A stretch of DNA of 63,344 nucleotides, counting the filler. It is 9 parts of 9 records of this genome, joined end to end, with 100 filler letters (N's around TTAATTAATTAA, not from the genome) between each part and the next. Parts side by side here need not be neighbours in the genome. Positions count along the whole stretch, not along the records: positions 1 to 5,748 come from SRR31147125_67338; positions 5,849 to 14,756 come from SRR31147125_67347; 7 more parts are not named here. One strand, 5' to 3'. Below are positions 1 through 8,978 of this stretch, in pieces. The stretch's first letter is position 1, and every line of letters starts with the position of its first letter. A model generated the notes under the pieces. The model saw only the letters and a program-made list of their open reading frames with translations. It was not told where the DNA came from and did no database searches. The position numbers were made by a program, and so were the translations under genes.

Positions 1-1
1 C

Positions 2-451
2 GTTTTTACCTGACTTGGTACCGTTTTTGACGATGCCGCTTTGACGCTGACGCGCAACGATATCGCGTTCTTTGGCCTTTATTTCGGCTTCAGAATCTCC
101 TGCAAGCCGCAAGGATCGGGGTACCGCTATATCGACACTCGCCGTGCAGGGTTCGCACACCTCTTTCGGACAGTTCGTAATCTCCCAGCAAGGCGCATAG
201 CGCAGCAGTTTCTTGATTCCCGGTATCGAGATGCCCTCTTCATGAATCATGGAGCGGATACAGCCGATCCAGGTGAGATCGTTGGGCGAGAAAAAACGAC
301 GGTTGCCTTTCCGGGCTGGCTTAACCAGCCCCTCCTCTTCATAGATCCTCAGGGTACGGGGATGTACACCGAGAAGCTGCGCGGCGACTCCGATCGAATA
401 AACAGGGGTTTCCGGGGTTATGGGTTGAACATCGAGTTTCTTCGTTTTCAT
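2..451 (-). CDS. MerR-family regulator with C-terminal Cys cluster (3' end runs off the window; missing from the ORF track)
   Basis: Manual translation: MKTKKLDVQPITPETPVYSIGVAAQLLGVHPRTLRIYEEEGLVKPARKGNRRFFSPNDLTWIGCIRSMIHEEGISIPGIKKLLRYAPCWEITNCPKEVCEPC... MerR HTH motif; clear paralog of 2533-2919. Confidence 0.92.
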   Translation of the reverse strand, partial: MKTKKLDVQPITPETPVYSIGVAAQLLGVHPRTLRIYEEEGLVKPARKGNRRFFSPNDLTWIGCIRSMIHEEGISIPGIKKLLRYAPCWEITNCPKEVCEPCTASVDIAVPRSLRLAGDSEAEIKAKERDIVARQRQSGIVKNGTKSGKN

Positions 452-608
452 AATCCCACCATGTCACACGATTGATTCCGTTGCTCTGACAAAAGAGTTA
501 CCGTGAAAAGTTCCATTGTTCCGAGGTACCCGTAAATCGAGGGGCTCGGGTTCTGTCTCCAAGCCGGTGACCGGACCTGGAGACGGAACGTTTCGACCCT
601 GTCCGTTA

Positions 609-1805
609 TCAATGATCTTCCGTCACATGTCCCCTGAAGAGTCGTTCACCGGCAAGAAAGAGAAATCCGCAGAAACCGATTCCACCCAAGGTGATCAGCC
701 ACTCATGCAGGGTTGGTGAATAAGTGAACAGATGGGGGTAGTCAACCAGTCCGAGACCGTGGTAGTGCGGGACAAGCTGCCCGACAATCACCAGGTCGTA
801 GCGCATGAAGAAAATACCGATCATGCCGGCGACGGAGGCGATGAAGAGTACCCGCATGTTGTTTCCACGAACGGCCATGATCAGAACAAACGGGATGATC
901 ATGCCAAGCGCGACCTCGCCGATCCAGAAATTAATTGCGTACGGTCCGGTGAGCAGTGCCTGCATCGCTTCATACTTGCCGGGAGGGTTGCCGGTGATGC
1001 CGGTGATCATTTTCCAGCTTGTGAAAAACAGGATGACAGCCATCATCAGTGCGCCAAGCTTCGCGACTCCGCCAAGCGAACGCTTCATATCTTCGCTCAT
1101 CTCCCAGCCGTTCGCACGGTAGGCTATATACGTGAAGAAAATAATCGCCACACAGCCAGACATCGCCGCCGACGTGATGAAATAGATCGGCATATACGGA
1201 CCATGCCAGAACTCGCGTGCGCTCAACAGACCGAAAACAGCTCCGAGGTTGGAGTGTGCGACAACGCCGGTCAGCAGACCGGCCAGACCGAACATGGTCG
1301 CCGTTTTATGCGATTCTTTCTGCAACATGACGAATTCGATCATCATGAAAAACAGATACGCACCGTAGAGCGTACCCATCCACCATATATTCGAGGTCGG
1401 GTTCGCACCGATCACGTTTCCAACCGGCATTCGCCAGGAATTTTCGATCTCGAACGCGATTACCAGAAATCCGGCAACAATAGTCGCAATAGACAAAAAT
1501 ACCGCTCGTTTCGCGATCGGGTTGAAATCCTTGAAACCAAACACATGGCCGACCGAGGAAACAATGCACAACCCGGTTGAGGTTACAACAAAAAACACAT
1601 AGGCGGCGATCAAAACACCCCACGGCACGTCCCGGGTTACCCCGAAGGTGTGTTCATGTCCGGCAATAATCGAATGGACACCAAACGCCACACCAATGAT
1701 CGTCAACAACCCGCATCCCATCACGGCCGCCGTGTATTTCCACGATGCAGTCGATTCCAGGCCGCCTTCCTGCGGCAAAACCCCTGCGAAAAAATTATTC
1801 ATCAC
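609..1805 (-). CDS. nrfD: NrfD/PsrC-family quinone-interacting membrane subunit (copy B)
   Basis: About 10 TM helices; motifs GVTRDVPWGVLIAAYVFF, NPTSNIWWMGTLY, HSNLGAVF, RYDLVIVGQ. Confidence 0.9.
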   Translation of the reverse strand: MMNNFFAGVLPQEGGLESTASWKYTAAVMGCGLLTIIGVAFGVHSIIAGHEHTFGVTRDVPWGVLIAAYVFFVVTSTGLCIVSSVGHVFGFKDFNPIAKRAVFLSIATIVAGFLVIAFEIENSWRMPVGNVIGANPTSNIWWMGTLYGAYLFFMMIEFVMLQKESHKTATMFGLAGLLTGVVAHSNLGAVFGLLSAREFWHGPYMPIYFITSAAMSGCVAIIFFTYIAYRANGWEMSEDMKRSLGGVAKLGALMMAVILFFTSWKMITGITGNPPGKYEAMQALLTGPYAINFWIGEVALGMIIPFVLIMAVRGNNMRVLFIASVAGMIGIFFMRYDLVIVGQLVPHYHGLGLVDYPHLFTYSPTLHEWLITLGGIGFCGFLFLAGERLFRGHVTEDH

Positions 1806-1869
1806 GTGCTCCCTCTTGATTCTGTTTAGTACTGGATACTTTCCTTATCCGTCTGTAGTTCTCTCGTTC

Positions 1870-2007
1870 TCAATAGGTCCTGTCCCGATACGTCCTGCCG
1901 TCAGCCTCATTCTCGGAGGTCTTCAACCGAGGCTTGATTTTTAAATCAAACAGCGTGTGCAGTGCTGCACCGCCGATCCAGAAAACCATAAATAAGATAC
2001 CGTCCAT
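1870..2007 (-). CDS. 45-aa single-TM small protein upstream of nrfD copy B (not in the ORF track)
   Basis: GAGGAG RBS, then MDGILFMVFWIGGAALHTLFDLKIKPRLKTSENEADGRTYRDRTY*; hydrophobic N-terminus; same position as the 76-aa ORF in module A. Confidence 0.65.
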   Translation of the reverse strand: MDGILFMVFWIGGAALHTLFDLKIKPRLKTSENEADGRTYRDRTY

Positions 2008-2088
2008 TGCTCACTCCTCGATGTAGTGACCCGTATATGTGATGAAGACTCAGACAACCCTCTCACCGCACTCTTGTATTATGGGGCG

Positions 2089-2116
2089 ACATTAACATAC
2101 ACATATGCGTTGTCAA
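2089..2116 (-). promoter_or_regulatory. Putative sigma70 promoter for module B
   Basis: Minus strand TTGACA-N16-TAATGT with a TGn extension, upstream of the 45-aa ORF. Confidence 0.45.
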
Positions 2117-2271
2117 GTTATTTACCTGCATATTATTAGGAGAAACATGCAAAAACAAACTCGGATTATCGTTATATATTTATATTTCGTGTAGTTAGAT
2201 GCACCAAATCTTTCCTCCCAAGACTCGGCAGATCAGGCGCACTTTACTCCACCGCTGGTGTTATACCAGAA

Positions 2272-2292
2272 ATGGACGCATTATACGCCCAT
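2272..2292. promoter_or_regulatory. Palindromic operator-like site ATGGACGCATTATACGCCCAT
   Basis: Imperfect palindrome; 15/17 core match to the site at 4587-4605. Confidence 0.5.
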
Positions 2293-2472
2293 AAATTATG
2301 GATTCTCGACTGCTACGATTTCGAATCGCATTCCCATGTCAGATGATGGAGAGCAGCGGAAGGCGTACAGGCCCCTGGAGAGCACTAATTCACTGCAAAC
2401 ACAGATTAATAAGACAGCACAGAGTGACGTTACGGGAGACGGGAACCACGGAGGGGACAGCGGACAGGGCGC

Positions 2473-2507
2473 AAAAAAAGCCCCTGTCGGGTAAACCGAC
2501 AGGGGCT
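2473..2507 (-). terminator. Rho-independent terminator after merR (module A)
   Basis: 12-bp stem AGCCCCTGTCGG/CCGACAGGGGCT, 5-nt loop, U-tract on the minus strand. Confidence 0.85.
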
Positions 2508-2532
2508 GGAGAGAAGCCGGAAAGGGATGTGA

Positions 2533-2919
2533 TCAGAGTGCAACCACTTTCTTTTTCCTACCGGGTCGTGAAATCGGGGTAACTTTATCGATTTTACTTG
2601 GAACGAGCGTGTTGGAGAAAAATGCGCTGCAACGTTGTCTCTTCTCGAACGGACAGTCGACAATATTCCAGCAGGGAGTATACGCAAGCAGCTTCTTCAC
2701 CGCGTTTATACTGATGCCGTGCTCGTGTATCATCTCCCGAAGGCACTCGATCCACTTGATATCGCGCATCGAGTAATATCGCCACTTGCCCTTGCGCATA
2801 GGTTTTACCAAACCGTGCTCCTCGTAGTTGCGCAGTGTCCTCTGGTGCACGCCGAGTATCTTGGCAGCCATCCCGATGGTGAAAATCGCTTCGTCTTGAG
2901 AGATCATGGTATTCTCCAT
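2533..2919 (-). CDS. MerR-family regulator with C-terminal Cys cluster
   Basis: FTIGMAAKILGVHQRTLRNYEEHGLV HTH; WIEC...PCWNIVDCPFEKRQRC. Confidence 0.92.
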   Translation of the reverse strand: MENTMISQDEAIFTIGMAAKILGVHQRTLRNYEEHGLVKPMRKGKWRYYSMRDIKWIECLREMIHEHGISINAVKKLLAYTPCWNIVDCPFEKRQRCSAFFSNTLVPSKIDKVTPISRPGRKKKVVAL

Positions 2920-2949
2920 TAGTGTTCTTAATCGTGAGGCCAGATTCTC

Positions 2950-4131
2950 CTATTCCTCGTGATCATGCCGGAAACGATCCCCGAGGAAATACTCTCCGAT
3001 AAGGAACAGGGCCACGAGAACTCCGAAACCACTCATGATGATCGCCAGTTCGGGACCGGTCGGCAGATAGTGATTATAAGCAGGCATGCCTTCATACCCC
3101 GAGTATTGCGGGATCGCCTGACCGGCAACCACCATATTGAACCGGGAGAAGAACTGCCCGACGAGTACCATCAGTCCGGCGAGAGACAGCGCCTCCACCG
3201 AATTCAGTCTGGTTGCGAGCAACAGGATGAACGGCAGCGCCAACCCGATACCGAGTTCAAAGAGCCAGAAGCTGGTGGACAGAGATCCGCTCGTGAGTAT
3301 CGCTGCAGCCTCGCCGAGTGCCTCGTTGCCAACCGAGAAGTTAACGAACTTCCAGCCGTTTGCGATCGCAATCATGAATATCATCAGGAGCATGACTTTG
3401 CCGCCGGACTGCATCGCTTTGAAATCCTCGCCCCCAACCTTTCTGCCCCTGAGCGAATAGGACAGATGGGTAAAGATCACGATAGCCGCCGCGCCGGACA
3501 GAAACGCCGATGCGAGGAAGAAAATAGGTAGCTGAGAACCATACCAGAACGGCCGGGCATTCAGGGAGGCGAACACCGAGCCGAGGTTGGAGTTCGCGAA
3601 CAATTCAGTCACCGCCGCACAGACCCCCAAGGCCACAGCAAGCTTATAGCGCTTGGTTAGAATAAGGAAGAACTCAACCATCATGATACCGACAGCCAGC
3701 CCGTAGAGCGTACCCATCCACCAGATATTGGAGGTCGGGTTCGGATAGAGAATGACCCCCAGCGGCATCCGCCAGACATTCTCGAGCTCGAGCCCTATTA
3801 CCAGGAACGCGCCAAAGATAGCGGCTATCGAGAGCCACACCATGCGATTGGCAACCGGTGCCAAGTTGTTCCCGCCGAACAGGTGGCTCAGAGCCGCCAG
3901 GCCGCACAATCCGGTCGAGATTATGGCAAAGTAGGCATAGGTCGAGATCGCTATACCCCAAGGAACATCCCTGGTCACGCCGAGCGATTGGTGATGGCCC
4001 ACGAACAGTGCGTAAAAGCCTGCCGAAATACCGATTGCGATGAGAGCCAGCGAGGCCCACAGGGAAAGGTTGAACTGCACCTTCCGAAAACTTCCTTCTT
4101 CCAGGATTGCGGTCTGAGACTGTAAAGACAT
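2950..4131 (-). CDS. nrfD: NrfD/PsrC-family membrane subunit (copy A)
   Basis: Multi-TM; GVTRDVPWG, NPTSNIWWMGTLYG, SNLGSVF, RFNMVVAGQ; paralog of 609-1805. Confidence 0.9.
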   Translation of the reverse strand: MSLQSQTAILEEGSFRKVQFNLSLWASLALIAIGISAGFYALFVGHHQSLGVTRDVPWGIAISTYAYFAIISTGLCGLAALSHLFGGNNLAPVANRMVWLSIAAIFGAFLVIGLELENVWRMPLGVILYPNPTSNIWWMGTLYGLAVGIMMVEFFLILTKRYKLAVALGVCAAVTELFANSNLGSVFASLNARPFWYGSQLPIFFLASAFLSGAAAIVIFTHLSYSLRGRKVGGEDFKAMQSGGKVMLLMIFMIAIANGWKFVNFSVGNEALGEAAAILTSGSLSTSFWLFELGIGLALPFILLLATRLNSVEALSLAGLMVLVGQFFSRFNMVVAGQAIPQYSGYEGMPAYNHYLPTGPELAIIMSGFGVLVALFLIGEYFLGDRFRHDHEE

Positions 4132-4161
4132 GATTCCTCCTCTGTACGTTATCTGAGTGAC

Positions 4162-4392
4162 TTATTGCCGGTTATCTGAAACGGGTTGCGGTTCCGTATG
4201 ATTCTGGTCAGTGAGTTTTCCGAAAAAGATGTAGCCAAGAACGATTGGTGCAGAAAACGGACCGAGAAGCATGAAGAGCAGTAAACAAAGTGAGAACCAG
4301 AAACATTCTCCTGCCTTATCCAACCAACTCCACGATATCGAGGAACCGAGAATTGGACGTTCGGTTTGTGCGTGAGTAAATGTAGCTGCCAT
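4162..4392 (-). CDS. 76-aa small membrane protein upstream of nrfD copy A
   Basis: AGGAGG RBS; hydrophobic hairpin FWFSLCLLLFMLLGPFSAPIVLGYIFFG. Confidence 0.75.
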   Translation of the reverse strand: MAATFTHAQTERPILGSSISWSWLDKAGECFWFSLCLLLFMLLGPFSAPIVLGYIFFGKLTDQNHTEPQPVSDNRQ

Positions 4393-4440
4393 GTCGGCCT
4401 CCTATCAACTGAGTGTTTCAGGTTGTCTTGCCCTTATAAC

Positions 4441-4456
4441 AGCAAGGGGCATGCCA
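4441..4456 (-). promoter_or_regulatory. Sigma54 (-24/-12) promoter for module A
   Basis: Minus strand TGGCAT-GCCCC-TTGCT, matching TGGCAC-N5-TTGCW, about 50 nt upstream of the 76-aa ORF. Confidence 0.8.
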
Positions 4457-4586
4457 GAGGCTGAACTGACTATTTACTACACACAACATATATACCTATG
4501 TATCCGTAATCATATAACATATTAAAGTAATGACAGAGGAGAACATCATGAGAAACCGGTACATTTTCCATAGAAACCTTACCCGT

Positions 4587-4638
4587 AGGGCGTATTATAC
4601 GTCCTTGAGAGTTCTACCCAGGACGCACAATTAGCCCT
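4587..4638. promoter_or_regulatory. Tandem palindromic sites (candidate enhancer-binding-protein UAS)
   Basis: AGGGCGTATTATACGTCCT (4587-4605) and AGGACGCACAATTAGCCCT (4620-4638), 33 bp apart, about 130-180 bp upstream of the sigma54 site. Confidence 0.55.
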
Positions 4639-4882
4639 CCAGCAAATTTCGAATATTATCATAATATTTCAGTATGTTACACGACATCAATCGGGGTATT
4701 TGCGGAGAAATCGCATTAAGAAACATTCCCACAGGATGGCAGGGCGCCGCCCACAATACACGCTAAATCAGCATGTTACAAATACCGGAGATCAATATGG
4801 GCGTAAAATGATCCCGGTCTATGAGGAATATTGAACTACGGTGGAAAAGAAAAGGGGTTGGAAATACAGGAAGGACCACATT

Positions 4883-4920
4883 GTTCCGGAGAGCCTTCTG
4901 GAATCGAGGCTCTCCGGAAC
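4883..4920 (-). terminator. Stem-loop after the cytochrome c gene
   Basis: 14-bp perfect inverted repeat GTTCCGGAGAGCCT/AGGCTCTCCGGAAC directly after the stop codon; no clear U-tract. Confidence 0.55.
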
Positions 4921-4927
4921 GATTGTT

Positions 4928-5599
4928 CTAGTGATTTGAGCCATGGGCGGAGGCACCCTCTGCTGCACCGGTCAGGCGCGCATGCCCCCGAACCCCTATG
5001 TGGCAGGAGGTACAACGGGTGTCGGATGCGAAGGCGGTCGACCCGTCATGGCAGGCGCCACAATAGTTGCCCGCGTAGAGGGATTCCATCGTGAAGTCGT
5101 CCTCTTCTTCGGCGGCGCCTGCCCTCATCACGAAAAGGTCATCGTGGCACGATTCGCAATCGAGCCCCATTTCTTCCGTATGGGTGGAGTGCTCGAAGAT
5201 GACCGACTTCACCGGCTTGGTCCAGATGATAGTCTCCTCCGGCACCGTGTGGCACGATCCGCACTGCGTATCGGAGGCAAACGCACTGCTGCCGTCATGG
5301 CAGGCACCGCAATAGTTGCCGTCGTAGAGGGATTCCATCGTAAAATCGTCATTTTCCTCGGCAGCCCCCGCTTCCATTTCGAACAGATCGTCATGGCAGT
5401 CGTCGCAGCTCAGCCCCACCTCCATCGTATGGGTCTTGTGACTGAAGGTGACCGACTCGAGTGGTTTAGTCCAGACTATCGGTTCTTCAGGACCATATTC
5501 ATCCTCGTCGTACGGTTCTTCCGCCGGCTGATTCGACGCAATCACCGCACCGCTTATCAGGAGGATCATCAAACTCAGCATTGCCACTCGTATTTTCAT
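4928..5599 (-). CDS. Periplasmic hexaheme cytochrome c (two tandem c7-type triheme domains)
   Basis: Signal peptide; six CXXCH motifs (CDDCH, CGACH, CGSCH, CESCH, CGACH, CTSCH); internal duplication IVWTKP...FSHKTH / IIWTKP...FEHSTH. Confidence 0.93.
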   Translation of the reverse strand: MKIRVAMLSLMILLISGAVIASNQPAEEPYDEDEYGPEEPIVWTKPLESVTFSHKTHTMEVGLSCDDCHDDLFEMEAGAAEENDDFTMESLYDGNYCGACHDGSSAFASDTQCGSCHTVPEETIIWTKPVKSVIFEHSTHTEEMGLDCESCHDDLFVMRAGAAEEEDDFTMESLYAGNYCGACHDGSTAFASDTRCTSCHIGVRGHARLTGAAEGASAHGSNH

Positions 5600-5673
5600 T
5601 ACACTCTCCGCTTGATCAAAAAAATCTACCCGTCAGGGTAGTATCGAAATCCGTCTCAACGCCAGCCGACAAC

Positions 5674-5748
5674 TCAGGCGTTGGTATAGAAGACATTCGG
5701 CATGGCACCGGCTTCCGGCCTGAGGACCCAGACGATGGTCTCAGGCTC
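5674..5748 (-). CDS. C-terminal tail of a NrfC/PsrB-type 4Fe-4S subunit (partial)
   Basis: EPETIVWVLRPEAGAMPNVFYTNA* resembles the VLRPExGTxPxVFY end of NrfC-like ferredoxins; only 24 aa are visible. Confidence 0.6.
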   Translation of the reverse strand, partial: EPETIVWVLRPEAGAMPNVFYTNA

Positions 5749-5848
5749 NNNNNNNNNNNNNNNNNNNNNNNNNNNNNNNNNNNNNNNNNNNNTTAATTAA
5801 TTAANNNNNNNNNNNNNNNNNNNNNNNNNNNNNNNNNNNNNNNNNNNN
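5749..5848. other. Artificial contig linker
   Basis: N44-TTAATTAATTAA-N44. The same linker occurs at 14757-14856, 27338-27437, 33349-33448, 41166-41265, 46409-46508, 52759-52858 and 58000-58099. Confidence 0.99.
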
Positions 5849-7254
5849 CCCGACACAGTAAGGAACCGGGAAGATCTCAGGGAAATACTTCATGTCACCA
5901 TCGATGGTGAAGACGCCAAGGATTTTGATGATGCCGTGGCGGTTCAGAAGACACGCAACGGGTATCGACTGTACATATCTATCGCCGACGTATCAGCTTT
6001 CGTCGAAAGCGGCAGCCAACTCGATATTGAGGCTTACGAACGGGGTACATCCGTCTATTTCCCCGGAGCCGTCATCCCGATGCTGCCCGAGAATCTCTCC
6101 AACAACCTCTGCAGCCTGGTCCCGGACGAAGACCGCCTGACGGTCACCGCGATTCTGGACTTCGACCGGGACGGGGTGATGAGGAAGAAGCGGTTTACCC
6201 GCTCGCTCATCCGCAGCCACATGCGCTTCACCTACGATACAGTCAAACTCATCGCCATTGACAAGGACGCAGAGGCGCGCAGATCGTTCAAGCCGTTTCT
6301 GACTCCGTTGAAGTGGGCGATCGAACTGGCGGAGTTGCTGCTGAAGCAGAGAAAGAAGCGGGGTAGCATCACGCTCAATCTCGCCGAGGCGAACATCTGT
6401 ATCGAAAACGGTGACACCGTCGCTTCCGTGACCAGGCGATCAAGACATTTTGCCCACCAGTTGATCGAAGAGTTCATGCTGGCCGCAAACGAAGCGGTTG
6501 CCCTCGCCTTCGACGAGCACAACGTACCAGCGCTCTACCGCACCCACGAGGAGCCGGATCCCGAAAAAGTTGCAGAGTTCATCGCCATGTCACGGATTCT
6601 CGGTCTGGAACTGCCCGGGACAGCGGCCACGCCGAAATGGTACAGCGACCTGGTTCGGCAAGCTGCAGACACGGACCGTGAGTTCATCATCAACAGCCTG
6701 CTGCTCAGGACGATGCAGCAGGCCCGTTACAGTGACCGGAACAGCGGTCATTTCGGGTTGGGGGCGTCCCACTACACTCACTTCACATCACCGATCAGAC
6801 GCTATCCCGATCTCATCGTTCACCGACAGCTCTGCCGCCTGATCCACTCCGAGGGTAGCAAAAAGACCATACCGGGCAAGCGCCCGTATCAATCGCTTCA
6901 CGAGGCGGGATTGCAGTTATCGGTACGTGAGCGGCAGGCGATAACCGCGGAGCGGGAGATGATGGACAAGTTGAAGTGCCGGTATATGCAGGACAAAACG
7001 GGGAGCGCTACAGCGCGATCATCTCCTCGCTTACCGACTCGCTGATGTATGTCGAGCTGGTGGATCACCTGATCAGCGGAGCAATACCGCTCAGTGATCT
7101 GACAGACGATTATTATCTGCACGATTCCAGGCGATATCGTCTGATTGGTGATATCAACGGAAAAATCTACCAGATCGGCGACGAAATCACGGTTCAAGTC
7201 ACCGAAGTAGATCTATCGCGAAACAAAATCTTCTTTGCTCCAGTATTCGTCTGA
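5849..7254 (+). CDS. rnr: Ribonuclease R (5' partial; 1-nt homopolymer frameshift near 7000)
   Basis: VTIDGEDAKDFDDAV, LIEEFMLAAN, HFTSPIRRYPDL; S1 domain continues in ORF 6976-7254. Confidence 0.92.
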
Positions 7255-7465
7255 GTATTCGTTCACGGTGACGCATACGGACACAAATAGGCGAAGCTCC
7301 ACCGTTTTGATATAACAGTCCGAAACAGCCCGTGTCCGGCATCGGTTTTAGTCGTGAAGAGTATCCCTGTTTTGGTTCTTGACTTGACCTTCATTTCTGG
7401 CATATTTATCAGGACATTTTCAGAAAACAGCCACTTAAACAATCACCCCCACGGGAGGAAACATA

Positions 7466-7983
7466 ATGGAAGAAACCACCGGCTGGTTCATGGCACTTAT
7501 TTCCAACCCCTTCGCAAAGGTTTGGCAATCGGACTTGTGGTCTGTATTATCATCTACGTCCGGGGATTCATCAGGCGTAACGAGTTGACCAAGGAGATAA
7601 ACCGACTCAGATCACACCTCCACACCAAACTGGAAATCGATTCCAGCGAGAATGAGCGGAGGAAGACAGAACTCGACCGTCTCAAACAGGAACGTGATAA
7701 TCTGCGTATCACGGTGCAGTCACTCAACCAGAAGCCGGGCAGAAAAGAGATCCGTCAATACTTCATCTATCAGACGGCGCTGGACATCATGTTCGAAAAA
7801 GCTCCGGGATTTGCACCGGCATGGCAGATCACACTCAAGGAAGCCGAGGGGCTCTTCGAAAAATCCGAGAAAGGCATGGTTCCCCTCCTGAAGCGGCTGA
7901 TGCCCACCACACCGGACAAACAAGCTGAAGAGTACGAGAAGATCAGCAGGATATCCATGGAGGATTCGAGCCAGAAGAACTGA
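7466..7983 (+). CDS. Hypothetical single-TM coiled-coil protein (homopolymer frameshift near 7517)
   Basis: GGAGG RBS before ATG 7466 (MEETTGWFMALISNPFAK); adding one A joins it to the ORF ending at 7983. Confidence 0.7.
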
Positions 7984-8069
7984 TCACAGATACTGAGGTA
8001 TCATACACTGCGTTACGCTGAACATGGGGTTGTCAGTATATCTGACAACCCCGTTTTTTATTGCCCGCC

Positions 8070-8855
8070 ATGACCGACTCACATCACTTGTTATCCAATA
8101 TAGCCGTCGTCCTCAAAAAACCGAAATACGCGGAAAATATCGGCGCCGCCGCCCGCATGTGCTTCAACATGGGAATATCCAGACTCATCCTGGTAAGGGA
8201 CGAGCCACCCGTTTACGAAGACATGGCAAAAATGGCAACGCACAAGGCCGTTCATCTGATCGATCAGATGGAAATACACGACAGTCTCGCCGACGCGCTG
8301 GCCCCGTTTTCATTCGTGGTGGGAACCACAGCACGCCTCGGAAGAAAGCGAACCGTCGAACGGCCGCCGCGCGAGATCATCACCGATATCATCCCGCTAC
8401 TTGCACAGAATAAGATTGCATTCCTGTTCGGTCCGGAGGATCGGGGCCTGACGAACGACGATCTGAAGTACTGCCAATACGCATCCTGCATTCCCACGGC
8501 TGAATTTGCGTCACTCAACCTGGCCCAGGCGGTCGCCATCCACTGCTACGAATTATATTATGCAATCGTCGAAATGACCCGGGAAGATTCGGCGCTGCCA
8601 GAGTACGCATCGACCTTCCAGCTTGAAGGAATGTACGAGCATGTCGAAGAGGCGCTGCTGAAAGTTGACTTTCTCGATGAGAAAAGTCACCACTACTGGA
8701 TGAGAAATATCAGACAATTTCTGGGGCGTGTAAGGTTATCGTCAAAAGAGGCAAATATAGTACGGGGCATCTGTCGTCAATTTCTCTGGTTTCAGGGAAC
8801 AAGGCACGGCGATGAGCATACTGAGCGGACGACCACGCCCGATCCGGACGAGTAA
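8070..8855 (+). CDS. trmJ: tRNA 2'-O-methyltransferase, TrmJ/LasT (SPOUT) family
   Basis: ENIGAAAR, VGTTAR, FGPEDRGLTN, SLNLAQAV. Confidence 0.9.
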   Translation: MTDSHHLLSNIAVVLKKPKYAENIGAAARMCFNMGISRLILVRDEPPVYEDMAKMATHKAVHLIDQMEIHDSLADALAPFSFVVGTTARLGRKRTVERPPREIITDIIPLLAQNKIAFLFGPEDRGLTNDDLKYCQYASCIPTAEFASLNLAQAVAIHCYELYYAIVEMTREDSALPEYASTFQLEGMYEHVEEALLKVDFLDEKSHHYWMRNIRQFLGRVRLSSKEANIVRGICRQFLWFQGTRHGDEHTERTTTPDPDE

Positions 8856-8978
8856 CCGGAGGGCAGCCGGAAAGATCGAATAACAAGAGTCTCAGCCGCT
8901 CGGGCCGCCCGCAGGGATACTCGGGAATGTGATCGCCATGTCTGAAAAGAATAACCCCACTATGGAGTTTGATTCATC

